NCBI GenBank assembly: GCA_038883655.1
Contig: JAVZLQ010000003.1
Location: forward strand, 192,001-256,000
Length of the DNA stretch: 64,000 bases
Direction: 5' to 3'
From: Candidatus Bathyarchaeia archaeon
GTDB taxonomy: Archaea; Thermoproteota; Bathyarchaeia; Bathyarchaeales; Bathycorpusculaceae
Notes under the pieces: model-generated
The model's database searches: none
The model's input: the letters and a program-made list of their open reading frames with translations, nothing else
What the model was told of the DNA's origin: nothing
Part shown: piece after piece, positions 10,281-20,013 of the stretch
Layout of the letters: every line of letters starts with the position of its first letter
Position numbering within the stretch: the first letter of the stretch is position 1
Translations under genes and position numbers: made by a program

Positions 10281-10556
10281 TTAGGCAATTGTCAACTTTC
10301 TGAGGCGCATGCCTTCCCTATGCCTCGTATAACCGCAAACCTTACACTTCAACTTTAAAGTCTGCTTCTTAGTGGTTTTTGAAAATTCTCGCTGAAGAGG
10401 ATATTTCTGTCCACCATAACCCTTCTTTTCTCGCTCGTGATGGCGCTCACCCTTAGCAAGGGCCCTTCGCTTCCCAGCCTTATACAACGACACTGCATGC
10501 AACTGGTGACTCTTACACCTTGGACAGTAAGTTCTAATTTCCTTTGGAACATTCAC
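10281..10556 (-). CDS. rpl44e: 50S ribosomal protein L44e
   Basis: PKEIRTYCPRC..H, KGYGGQKYP, KTTKK..L.CKVC. Confidence 0.97.
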   Translation of the reverse strand: MNVPKEIRTYCPRCKSHQLHAVSLYKAGKRRALAKGERHHEREKKGYGGQKYPLQREFSKTTKKQTLKLKCKVCGYTRHREGMRLRKLTIA

Positions 10557-10598
10557 TTAGACCACACCCAGCTTTGCATAAAGAAAACACACTCACAC

Positions 10599-11165
10599 TT
10601 ATACTTTTTTAGCTACAAACCCAAGCTCAACCTTCTCAGCCAAACCCTGCTTAACAAGGATATTAGCGTTTTCAACAGGCAAAGACGCGACATCCTCAGC
10701 CTTAAAAGGCCCGTAAGCCTTCATGTCCGCACCAATTATCGCTGGAACATCAACTAAAAAACGCAAAACAACCCTTTTACGCGTGATTTCAACCTCTGCC
10801 TTCGGCAGAAATCCTCGAAGAACACTTTTGATGAAATTTTGGATAGCATCCGCAAAAGGCATAGCTCCACAATAAATTTTCGCCTCCTCAGCCGTTAACA
10901 TATCTTGCGGGATTTTTTCACCTTTTGCCAAAAGCTTAATCGCTTTTCTGTAACGTGTCAAAATTATTTCATTAACCATCTGCTTTACATTAACTAGTTC
11001 ACGTTTCAGCAGACTCGCTTTAACGGTTTTCCTATCAAGCATCCGCCCCTCCTCTCTTAGCTTTCGCAGATAATCCGCAACCATAACATAAAAGTCTGGG
11101 GGAAGCCTTTGAAGCTCCTGATTTTTGACCTCGCGCTCCCAAGTTTCATATAAACTCTTGTACAA
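10599..11165 (-). CDS. gins15: GINS15 (Sld5/Psf1-like) subunit
   Basis: LQRLPPDFY, RYRK, LTAEE, C-terminal B-domain IIGADMKAYGPFKAEDVASLP.ENA..L; directly downstream of priS. Confidence 0.88.
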   Translation of the reverse strand: MYKSLYETWEREVKNQELQRLPPDFYVMVADYLRKLREEGRMLDRKTVKASLLKRELVNVKQMVNEIILTRYRKAIKLLAKGEKIPQDMLTAEEAKIYCGAMPFADAIQNFIKSVLRGFLPKAEVEITRKRVVLRFLVDVPAIIGADMKAYGPFKAEDVASLPVENANILVKQGLAEKVELGFVAKKV

Positions 11166-12374
11166 TTATGTTACGACCTCCGCCCTATTTTTGCAGATAA
11201 GCAAAACAGCTGCTGCCGTCGGTAACTCAACAATCTGATTTTTATATGGTCCAAAAGTTTCCTCGCCAATTCTAAACTTTGGCGCATCATAAACCTTTAC
11301 GCCGACAGAGCCGCCCTTGAAGGCTACAGCCATTTTAAACGGGTCAAAATCGTCGATTGCTGAAACTGGAAACTCCACCTTCTTTAAGCCCGTCTTACCA
11401 TTCAAGGTGTCAGCCAACCTAATAAGCCGATGCGTATCCGTCGTCACAACAGTGTCGATACTTACGGATGTCAACTTCACAATATGCCTAATAACCTTCG
11501 CCCAGGTTTGAGGGCCAACACCCCTAACATAGCCCAACGTTCCTGTTCTTTGAAAGTTTTTCAGAATTAAACTTTTATTGCGCATTATCGCGCTTACGAA
11601 GCGTCTTTCAAGCTCCACTTTCAAAAGGTCTTCTTCATTAGCACTTGCAATAAAGTCTTCTATGCCCGTTGCCAGTCGCTTAGGCCAACCAAAGCTACGT
11701 ATAAATTTACGCGAAGACCTCTCCGCCAGTATACTTTCAATGTTTAGGCCCAAGGCTGTAACATAATCAACAATCTCCTTTCGCTCCATTGCATCAAGCG
11801 TTTTAACAGCGTCACTTTCAACGTGAACGTGGTAACCTCTATGTCCAGAAAAGAACGTGTAAATCTCACTTTCTGAAAAGCCAAAATCTTGCTCCAACAT
11901 CTCCAAAAGCTTAATCGTCTCCTTTTTCGCAGAATCCAAACATTCCTCGCAAGGCCAAGTGTTTACATCAAATTTTTCACTTCCACATATGGGACATCTT
12001 TCTGGAGTAACCCCCTTACCCACGAAACCGCAGTTGCCACATTTCCACTCATCATGAACCTTGTCACACGGCGTTGGTACGTGATCAGCATCTATATCAA
12101 AAATCAAATCCGCGCCAAGCCAACCCTTCATCGCCATATCTGCTTCGGGGTTCCTATAGTAAGCGCATGAAAAGTACGCGTCTTTTGGGGCGAATTCCCT
12201 AAAAAAACGTGTTAGCTCCTCCACGTTTTGGAAGCTTTTGTGGCGGAGCATCTGTCCCTCAAATGATAAGAAGCCGAATTCGCGCTGTTCGATTTTGGGA
12301 ACAGAATAGTTTTGGAAAGTATTCTTGCTGTAATATTCTTGGAATATGTACTGCACAAAGTTAATTGACTTCAA
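11166..12374 (-). CDS. priS: DNA primase small (catalytic) subunit
   Basis: REFGF, DLIFDIDAD, FSGHRGYH, IDTVVTTDTHRLIRL. Confidence 0.95.
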   Translation of the reverse strand: MKSINFVQYIFQEYYSKNTFQNYSVPKIEQREFGFLSFEGQMLRHKSFQNVEELTRFFREFAPKDAYFSCAYYRNPEADMAMKGWLGADLIFDIDADHVPTPCDKVHDEWKCGNCGFVGKGVTPERCPICGSEKFDVNTWPCEECLDSAKKETIKLLEMLEQDFGFSESEIYTFFSGHRGYHVHVESDAVKTLDAMERKEIVDYVTALGLNIESILAERSSRKFIRSFGWPKRLATGIEDFIASANEEDLLKVELERRFVSAIMRNKSLILKNFQRTGTLGYVRGVGPQTWAKVIRHIVKLTSVSIDTVVTTDTHRLIRLADTLNGKTGLKKVEFPVSAIDDFDPFKMAVAFKGGSVGVKVYDAPKFRIGEETFGPYKNQIVELPTAAAVLLICKNRAEVVT

Positions 12375-12407
12375 GCTTGCTCAGTTTTAAAGAAACAGAA
12401 TTCGGCT

Positions 12408-13625
12408 TTAAACCTTCTTTTTCAGTGTTGTGAAACATATGTTATTCTTGATTTTGCTGCCGATGGCAAAAAGCGCAGAGTGTAGTTTGGTAAGACCTTT
12501 TTTGAACTTTTCCACAAGCATAAATCTTTCAATGCAAATGATTAACAATATATAGAAAAGCATCCACGTTAAGAAGTATAACTCGCCATACGTATCATGA
12601 AAAGTTAGTGCCGCTTGGCTTCCACTATTAAGTCCTATTATTAGGATGGATGCCACCCGCAAAACATTTACGAAGTATGTTCCAAAAAATCCACAAATGA
12701 AATATACAGCCTTTCTAAAACTCGAAAATTCTGAACGCTTGAAAAACACGAAAATTATTAGCACATAAAGAATTAAACTGTGAACACCAGAACAAGGCCA
12801 GTCCACAGTCGCACTATAACTAGCACCACCATAACGCACAGTCAAAAGAGGAAGCTTATAACCGGGTCTTGCTGGGTATGGGAAACTCAACACAACAGTG
12901 TAGCCTAGTATGTGGAGTAAAGCGGCTGATAAGGCTGTTGTTGGAAAAGTAATAAGCAGATGCACGGATAACTCCGATGGATAAAGTGTATTAATCATAT
13001 ATGCAGCAGTGATAACACCTAGCAGTGAAATTGAAATGGAAAACGTTTTCAATCCCAGCAGTCCATACGCAAAAATCACAGCTAACGTAAAGGATAACCA
13101 TAAAACAAGGTATTCGATGGACAATGGCCAGTGAAACGTTAAAAGGCTTTCTCGATCTACAGGCTCATTGACTCCCAAGTATTGACCAAGATCAAGAATC
13201 ACTTTAGTGGCACCCGGAATGGCGTTTACAAAAATGATGTACATCGTCGGTATCAGCAAACAAAAAATTCCTATTGCTAAGCGTTTAGTTGGTTTTTTAC
13301 AGAGAATTTGATCTCGGCTAGTTATGAATTCTATAAAGAACAGCCATACAAAAAACAAATAAAACATACGTCCTTTCCACGTTTCTTCAAAGACGAACCT
13401 TGATGGAACAAAATTTGGCCAAGTTTTCACGTTAAAATATTGGAAACTTTCAATATCAAGGTAATCTATGACAAGCAACAGGGCTACTGGAAGCACTAGT
13501 AACAACAAAAAAACTGTATGAAATGAATATTTCCTCAAATTACTGAAAATTGTATTTTTGAATACTGCTTTCAAATTCGCTAGCCTCAGCGAGTTTAATA
13601 TTTTTAAGGGTATAAAAGCATTCAT
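12408..13625 (-). CDS. Archaeosortase/exosortase family membrane protein
   Basis: Polytopic membrane protein with Cys-Arg-His triad motifs VDWPCSGVHS, NVLRV, FHDTYG. Confidence 0.85.
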   Translation of the reverse strand: MNAFIPLKILNSLRLANLKAVFKNTIFSNLRKYSFHTVFLLLLVLPVALLLVIDYLDIESFQYFNVKTWPNFVPSRFVFEETWKGRMFYLFFVWLFFIEFITSRDQILCKKPTKRLAIGIFCLLIPTMYIIFVNAIPGATKVILDLGQYLGVNEPVDRESLLTFHWPLSIEYLVLWLSFTLAVIFAYGLLGLKTFSISISLLGVITAAYMINTLYPSELSVHLLITFPTTALSAALLHILGYTVVLSFPYPARPGYKLPLLTVRYGGASYSATVDWPCSGVHSLILYVLIIFVFFKRSEFSSFRKAVYFICGFFGTYFVNVLRVASILIIGLNSGSQAALTFHDTYGELYFLTWMLFYILLIICIERFMLVEKFKKGLTKLHSALFAIGSKIKNNICFTTLKKKV

Positions 13626-15379
13626 GACGTGTTAACCGCTTTTTTAAAAATGAGTAAGATGACTTTGATCAAACATAGGTTTCTAAGAGTTACCGATAGG
13701 AATTTGAATGCTGCCATTAAGATTGGGCGATAAAAAGAATCATAGCGAAATCTCATTTTGTCTAAAACGCTTGGTGGAAAAGGCAGGAAAAATTTTTCAG
13801 TCTTTATCAATGTGAACTTTTCCTTTTGCGCTGCTTTTTTAAATTCTGTAACATTCGGTTCAGAGATGTGTTCTGGATACCTAAAACCAAGCGCGTTTTT
13901 TATACGCTCATCAGGAAAACTTACAAAAAGCCATTTTTTAGTTATTCGTAACAATTCGTTAAAACCTATGTTTGGATTTATGGTGTGCTCAAGAACTTCG
14001 CTACAAATCGTGACCTCTGCGATATCTTGTTTAAAGGGCAGATAATTGACGTCGCACACGATTCGCTCAATGCTTGATGCTTTTTTTAAGGACTCCTTAT
14101 CTATGTCGCAACCAACATAATACTCTACATCAAAACCTTTTTCATACAAGTACTGGTTAAATGCGCCCAAACCACATCCAACGTCTGTTAAAACTGAAAT
14201 TTTTTTCCCAACAAACTTTGCCAGCAAGGACTGCAGTTTTTCATACCGTGCTCTATAACACAACTTTGCATCATACGTTTCTGGTCTATAATCTGGAACT
14301 GTTTCCGTTTTTATCAAAGGTGCAAAAAATTTCCTCAGTTTGAGTTTAGGACCATTTAGAAGCGCTAGCACGAAGGCCCCAACAAATATTAGAAATGTAA
14401 AACCTAAAACCAAAACCATGTATGTTTGTGTTGGTTGGAATTTTTTGAAGATATACAGTTTACAGTTAACCGTATATTCATCGAAGAAATCCGGCTCTAT
14501 CACAGTTTTCTCGCTTCCATTTTGTATCGTGATTTTTCCAATGCCAACATTTGCATATGCTTCTTCTTCATATTTCCATTGCATATCATCCAAACCAATT
14601 GTTATAGCAATAAATGTGATTTGTTTGCTAAAATCCCTAAACAATGTGGTGCCGAACAACGTTTGGTTATACAAATCTATGTTAAAATTTATCGTTTTGC
14701 CTAAAATGATTTCCTCTTTTGGCGCTATCAGATATGGAAGCCAGTTTCTGTCTCTTGTGATCAGAAGTAGGATCACATGGTTAATCTTACCGCTTAAAAG
14801 CTTGACAGATCCCTCAATTCTAAAGTTTTGTTCAGCAATTTGTTGAAAAGGGCATGCCAGCATAACTTGTTGAAATCTTGAACTTTGACCTTTTGAAGCT
14901 TGAACATGCACGCCAATATACTTGCTTCCGTAAAGATCTACATAATTGAAAAGCGTATAGTTTGCTTCTCCCTCAAACACCTTGACCGCATATGAAGACG
15001 CTGGATCAATGAACCGCGTTTGGAGGGTAATGTTTGATGAACCCTCATTTGCGACAAGGCAGCATTGCTGTTGGAAAAGAATCCAATTTTCAAAGTCAAA
15101 TGGTCGTCCTTCAATTTCATATGGAATTTGTTTAAGAGTTGGACATCCCTCCAATTCCACACGCGATGTTGTGTTAAATATTAGATAGACCTTGTCGGAT
15201 GCTGCGAATGGTGGAACTTCGATATTAACTGGAGAATTTCTAATAACGTTGAACGTGTAATTTTTGGTATTTACGTCTGTTTTTATAAAATCTAATAAAG
15301 TATAAACGATAAGAAAACCGAAAACTGCCGTTAACACAAGAATTGTGTAAAATATTAACTTTAGTTTTGTGCTTGTCAT
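13622..15379 (-). CDS. Membrane protein with an inter-TM domain and a C-terminal class I SAM-dependent methyltransferase
   Basis: TM near the N-terminus, ~300 aa unassigned domain, second TM, then DVGCGLG, VGCDID, CSEVLEH. Start reset to ATG 15379, which overlaps the upstream stop (ATGA). Confidence 0.75.
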   Translation of the reverse strand: MTSTKLKLIFYTILVLTAVFGFLIVYTLLDFIKTDVNTKNYTFNVIRNSPVNIEVPPFAASDKVYLIFNTTSRVELEGCPTLKQIPYEIEGRPFDFENWILFQQQCCLVANEGSSNITLQTRFIDPASSYAVKVFEGEANYTLFNYVDLYGSKYIGVHVQASKGQSSRFQQVMLACPFQQIAEQNFRIEGSVKLLSGKINHVILLLITRDRNWLPYLIAPKEEIILGKTINFNIDLYNQTLFGTTLFRDFSKQITFIAITIGLDDMQWKYEEEAYANVGIGKITIQNGSEKTVIEPDFFDEYTVNCKLYIFKKFQPTQTYMVLVLGFTFLIFVGAFVLALLNGPKLKLRKFFAPLIKTETVPDYRPETYDAKLCYRARYEKLQSLLAKFVGKKISVLTDVGCGLGAFNQYLYEKGFDVEYYVGCDIDKESLKKASSIERIVCDVNYLPFKQDIAEVTICSEVLEHTINPNIGFNELLRITKKWLFVSFPDERIKNALGFRYPEHISEPNVTEFKKAAQKEKFTLIKTEKFFLPFPPSVLDKMRFRYDSFYRPILMAAFKFLSVTLRNLCLIKVILLIFKKAVNTS

Positions 15380-16569
15380 GTTTTTACTCTCCTTGTGAGA
15401 GATGCTGTTAGGACAAAGATGTAGAGAATAAATCTTAACATAATGGTTATAGAAAGCGGGAGCATAACACCGATCTGCAGAAAAAGTGGACAGTACCATA
15501 CTAGTGAATGAATTGTATTAACGATTTCAAAGGCTATTAAAGTCATTATTTGTTTATGCTTATTCCAGTTCATTGTGGCAATTGCCAACAGACAAATTTG
15601 AGGAATGTGCACTAGGGGATTGTAAAATGTGGAGAACGCAAGATATGAGAAGATTGCTAATGAGATCAAAGCTAAGGATTCTTTCTTGTCCTTGGCTTTT
15701 CTAGCAAGAAAGCTGATGCCAATAAGAGATGCGAATTGTAAGCTAAGGGATATGTAGGATAGTATGGGAAATTTCCATTCATATCTAAAGTGGTCATAGT
15801 ACGTTGGGGCGTACAACGTTGCAAACTGCCAAGAATAGAGTGTGCCATCAAAAGTAGGGTGCATAAAACCTGTATGCCCAAAATATCCATCGATCAGAGC
15901 AAAAATCGATTCGGATGGCCCTCTTAAAAGGTGACTTGTTGCAACAGAAATGTACATTAAAGGGTCTGCTATGAGGTATGGTAATGATATCAACAGCATT
16001 GTCAAAGCAAAAGAATACATAAGCACCACTTTTCTCTTTAAACCCTTGTAATAAATGATTAGTGGCGGTAAAAGTGCCACTGGATAAAATTTTGAAAGTG
16101 TACCGCATCCGCAAAAAAATCCAGCAAGCCAAGGATTCTCAAAAAAGTACAACGCCAGAAGTGCGAACGTTATTGCAATGGTATCTCCATGAGCAAGGAT
16201 AAGGGTGAAGTATATGACGGAGGGCATCAGAGTGATGATTAACGGTATGCTTAAGGTTCGCTCACGACTTAATTTAGCCACGTTCACGTACATTGTAAAT
16301 ATCATAAGAAAGAATGTAAGTGCATTAAAGAATAATAAAATGAAGTTGTAAGCGTAAGAATTAGAAAAAGTGATGTATAGAAAGTAATATGGTAGTCTAG
16401 CTATTGGGGGATAACCCGAACGAAAATCAATAAAAGGTAAGAGGTTGTTTCTCTGTAGAAAGACATCTTCAAAATTAGTTTGAGGGAAAAAACCTAAAAA
16501 AAGCAGTATAACAATTATAGCTGCAAAGGCTGATAATTCCAAGCCGATAAACCGCCGTAATAGAGACAA
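15376..16569 (-). CDS. GT-C fold membrane glycosyltransferase (GT87/DUF2029-like)
   Basis: About 10 TM helices; PFIDFRSGYPP loop, HGD, and G.LSKFYP motif typical of lipid-phosphate-sugar-dependent transferases. Confidence 0.7.
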   Translation of the reverse strand: MSLLRRFIGLELSAFAAIIVILLFLGFFPQTNFEDVFLQRNNLLPFIDFRSGYPPIARLPYYFLYITFSNSYAYNFILLFFNALTFFLMIFTMYVNVAKLSRERTLSIPLIITLMPSVIYFTLILAHGDTIAITFALLALYFFENPWLAGFFCGCGTLSKFYPVALLPPLIIYYKGLKRKVVLMYSFALTMLLISLPYLIADPLMYISVATSHLLRGPSESIFALIDGYFGHTGFMHPTFDGTLYSWQFATLYAPTYYDHFRYEWKFPILSYISLSLQFASLIGISFLARKAKDKKESLALISLAIFSYLAFSTFYNPLVHIPQICLLAIATMNWNKHKQIMTLIAFEIVNTIHSLVWYCPLFLQIGVMLPLSITIMLRFILYIFVLTASLTRRVKT

Positions 16570-16704
16570 CCGCGATCACCATGCTTAGATTTTAACTAAA
16601 TTTCTTCGGCGTGCTTTTAAAACTATCTTACTGGAAACGCTTGAAAAATTTAATTTTAACAAATTATTATCTCTATAATTCCGATAAATCTTTGAGCGAG
16701 ATGG

Positions 16705-17802
16705 GTGATGAAGAAAAGGAGCGCGGATTATTCGTTTCTGATGCTATCTTTTATATTAGCATGTTTTCCTATGCTTTTTCTTGAAACTGTTTTCTTGGCA
16801 TACATCGCCGTAAATAAACGCTATGTTGAGGTTGGAATGGGTTATAATGTTTGGTTTACTATGGATTGGGAAAATGACACTAATTGCATTGACAAACCTG
16901 TATTAGGCTATTATAAGTCTAATAACGTCGTCGTTTTACTTCAACACATAAAATGGTTTGATGAATTAGGCATAGATTTCGTAATTGTGAATTGGCAAGG
17001 AATATATTATAATCCTCCTTGCAACGAAAACGCACAATTATTTTTCCAAGTTCTAGCGAATTATACTGGAAAAAATAAAATTAAAGCGTGTATTTGCGTC
17101 CAAATAACTGGCAACTGGACCGATGAAACAGAAATCTACGATTATGTTTGGGACAATTTCGTAACAAAGTATTATCCAGTTTACCATCACTACCAAGGCA
17201 AACCACTAATACTGTTTTTCTCGGAATGCAGCACAATCTACAACAGCACAGATACACTCAAAAAGGACTCAAGGTTTACGGTCATATCAATGGGAGTTAA
17301 GAGTTACGATGACTGGTTATACAATGCCATTTACTACCCAGAAAGAGCAGATGAAAATCGCTGGTGCGCTGTGAAAAACTGGGAAGGAGACAGCCCGAGA
17401 TGTCGCCATATCCCCGTAACGCCAAGATTCGATGAGCGTCACATTGGATATATTTCAGATAGACCTCCATCTATTGGTTATTATGTTGATCCAGAATTAA
17501 CATGGTTATATGATGCAGAATGGGAAAAAGCGCTAAAGGCTGTCAAAGAAAACCAAGTTGATGTTATAACAATTTCTTGGTGGAACGAATTTGCAGAGCG
17601 AAGCCAAATAGAACCATGTTATGACGCCACAGCAAAAAGTGCAGACCCATATTTTATTTTTAATAAAACAAAATATTACATAAGCAGGTTGAGAGAAGAA
17701 ACTTTGATGCTGGATTATTGGCATTTCAAAGTTTGCGTGGCGATCCTTACACCAACTATCTTTTGGGCGGTACTCATGAGGAAGCGTGTACAGATTACTT
17801 AG
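16705..17802 (+). CDS. GH99-like glycoside hydrolase (endo-alpha-mannosidase/mannanase fold), membrane anchored
   Basis: P.LGYYKS, LGIDFVIVNW, YQGKPLI, and ISWWNEFAERSQIEP (GH99 NExxE catalytic motif); hydrophobic segments at both termini. Confidence 0.8.
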   Translation: MMKKRSADYSFLMLSFILACFPMLFLETVFLAYIAVNKRYVEVGMGYNVWFTMDWENDTNCIDKPVLGYYKSNNVVVLLQHIKWFDELGIDFVIVNWQGIYYNPPCNENAQLFFQVLANYTGKNKIKACICVQITGNWTDETEIYDYVWDNFVTKYYPVYHHYQGKPLILFFSECSTIYNSTDTLKKDSRFTVISMGVKSYDDWLYNAIYYPERADENRWCAVKNWEGDSPRCRHIPVTPRFDERHIGYISDRPPSIGYYVDPELTWLYDAEWEKALKAVKENQVDVITISWWNEFAERSQIEPCYDATAKSADPYFIFNKTKYYISRLREETLMLDYWHFKVCVAILTPTIFWAVLMRKRVQIT

Positions 17803-17821
17803 AAGCAGAAAACTCTAGAGA

Positions 17822-18853
17822 TTAGTCGAATGTTTTGGCAATAGAATTGAACAAATCTATGTGCGCTTGAACGTAGTGATCCACATTATACTTCCTAGCA
17901 TATTCATTTGCTCGCTCATATGTTTGCTTAGAAAAATGCTGCCACAGATTGATATCGTTCTTTAGCGAACGTATTATTTCGACTAGTTGCTCGCTTGATC
18001 CTTTGGCAAAAGAGAACCCGCCGAGAAGATTAGTGTTCTCTCTAACACCAATGAGGCTAGAGGCTATTGGCACACATCCGTACAATGCGCCTTCAACCAA
18101 AACGAGACCATACGCCTCCGTTGTGTTCAACGATGGAAGGCACACAACATGCGCTTGTTCATATAATCTCTGTAATCTATAATCATCCACATTCTCTTCA
18201 AACATCACATTTCTCAAATGTAAGCGTTCAACCATGTGCTTAAATTTAGCCTTGAGTGGGCCTTCCCCAACCAGAACAAAATTGACATCCCTTAACTCAT
18301 AAGCAGCCTTAATAAGTATGTTTATTCCTTTGAATGCACGAAACTGACCAACAAAAATAACAGTAAATTGCTTTTCATGTCGATCATGCAAATCATATTC
18401 TTTAGGCAAACTTAACGTAACAGGAGGACGGACAACTTTAACATTTGCCGCCGAAAACAAGTTGGCATATTCTATAGAATGGACAACAATTGCTCGCGCC
18501 CTTTTACAAGCTAAAAATCTATGAAAGCGCGTATACAACTGCGATATACGCTCAGACATCCAGCAGATTTCAGCGTGATGCGTGTATACTATGGCATTGC
18601 CCTTAGTAAGCAAACACACATCTGAAAGGAAAGGAGTTGGACCATGTATATGAACAACATCATAACCCTCATGTTTCTTGAAAGGAATAAAGTTGGGCTT
18701 GAACTCTCCGACCCTGCGTTTCGGAGATTCAACGTCAACATGCCAACCACGCTTACGTAAACCATCAATAAGCACGTCTACAAGCCGGGCAATTCCACCC
18801 TTATATGGGGGAACATCCGTTGCTATTTCTAGAACATTAAGTGTCATTTTCAA
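17822..18853 (-). CDS. GT4 family glycosyltransferase
   Basis: PPYKGGI, FVGQFRAFKG, VGEGP, and EAYGLVLVE (EX7E motif). Confidence 0.9.
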   Translation of the reverse strand: MKMTLNVLEIATDVPPYKGGIARLVDVLIDGLRKRGWHVDVESPKRRVGEFKPNFIPFKKHEGYDVVHIHGPTPFLSDVCLLTKGNAIVYTHHAEICWMSERISQLYTRFHRFLACKRARAIVVHSIEYANLFSAANVKVVRPPVTLSLPKEYDLHDRHEKQFTVIFVGQFRAFKGINILIKAAYELRDVNFVLVGEGPLKAKFKHMVERLHLRNVMFEENVDDYRLQRLYEQAHVVCLPSLNTTEAYGLVLVEGALYGCVPIASSLIGVRENTNLLGGFSFAKGSSEQLVEIIRSLKNDINLWQHFSKQTYERANEYARKYNVDHYVQAHIDLFNSIAKTFD

Positions 18854-19923
18854 GGCCTAATCAAACTTGTCGGGTGAACCAAGATTGAAGGATATGCCTC
18901 ACAGGGAGTCCAACAAAGCCTACATCCCTTAATCTCATTCCTTAATTTCACAGCAGCCGCAGACCTCAACAAAGCATGTATATCGTAGTTAAAATCACGG
19001 AGGTTACCGATTTTTTTGTCCAAAATGATACACGGATACACATCTCCATAAGGATTCAAAAACAACGAATTATATAACGCCACACAACTCAGTGGCACAT
19101 GTTCCTCTAACATGTACTTCTGCGCGAGTTTTAGATAAGTTTTTGAAACCAACGCTAACGGAGACTTACTACGCACAGAACGCAATCCGGCGGAAAGATC
19201 CTCTAAAGCTTTGTCTTTAAATGTGTTACCACTCACTTGTTGATTTGAATCTAAATTATCATATAGATTTCCAGTGTGGTAGATGGTCACCGTTACATTT
19301 TCCAGAAGCCAACGCAAATCTTTTCTTGCTAATTCGTCAAATAACAATGTTAGAGAACCAGCATTAAATGGAGTAGCAGTATATTCGAACCCTACAGATA
19401 AATTGTTAAATTCCTTACTGAGCGCATGCAACATTTCAATTGTTTTAACAGCTTTACTAAAGGCTCCATTAATTCCACGCATGTTATCATGCACTTCTGG
19501 AGGCCCATCTAAGCTTACGTTTATAAAGGTAAGCGGCACATCAGCATCAAGCACTTTATAGACGTTTTTTTCTATTAAACACGTATCAAGACCGTTGGTT
19601 GTCAAATTAAGCATTTTGGGATTACAGTTTTCTTTAATTAAATTTGCTATGTCTCCGAGATCATTTCTGAGAAATGGTTCTCCTCCCGTGATGCTGATCC
19701 ACGCTAGTTTTTGAAATTTCTGGAATATAAGGGCTATTTCCTCTACCTTTAGTTCCTTGCTTACTAGCCATGGTTTATCAACATAACGTCTCCACGCGTT
19801 GCACATTTTGCAATGAGAGTTACATTTATAGGTAACAGCGAAATTTAATTTAAAAATCTCGCCCCTTAAATATGAAACAAGTATTTCTGTAAATGAACGA
19901 AATGCTTCAGTCAGTCTAATCAT
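18850..19923 (-). CDS. Radical SAM protein with SPASM/twitch domain
   Basis: CNSHCKMC, TGGEPFLR, TTNG, VSLDG; C-terminal C..GDVYPC..GNL..CRLCWTPC. Confidence 0.9.
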   Translation of the reverse strand: MIRLTEAFRSFTEILVSYLRGEIFKLNFAVTYKCNSHCKMCNAWRRYVDKPWLVSKELKVEEIALIFQKFQKLAWISITGGEPFLRNDLGDIANLIKENCNPKMLNLTTNGLDTCLIEKNVYKVLDADVPLTFINVSLDGPPEVHDNMRGINGAFSKAVKTIEMLHALSKEFNNLSVGFEYTATPFNAGSLTLLFDELARKDLRWLLENVTVTIYHTGNLYDNLDSNQQVSGNTFKDKALEDLSAGLRSVRSKSPLALVSKTYLKLAQKYMLEEHVPLSCVALYNSLFLNPYGDVYPCIILDKKIGNLRDFNYDIHALLRSAAAVKLRNEIKGCRLCWTPCEAYPSILVHPTSLIRP

Positions 19924-20013
19924 ATGGTCACTGCTTTAGATTATACTACTTGCTTATTAAAATTTAGCACGAACATTCCTTTACAAGACTCTTCAGTAAA
20001 CATCAACCTAGAG

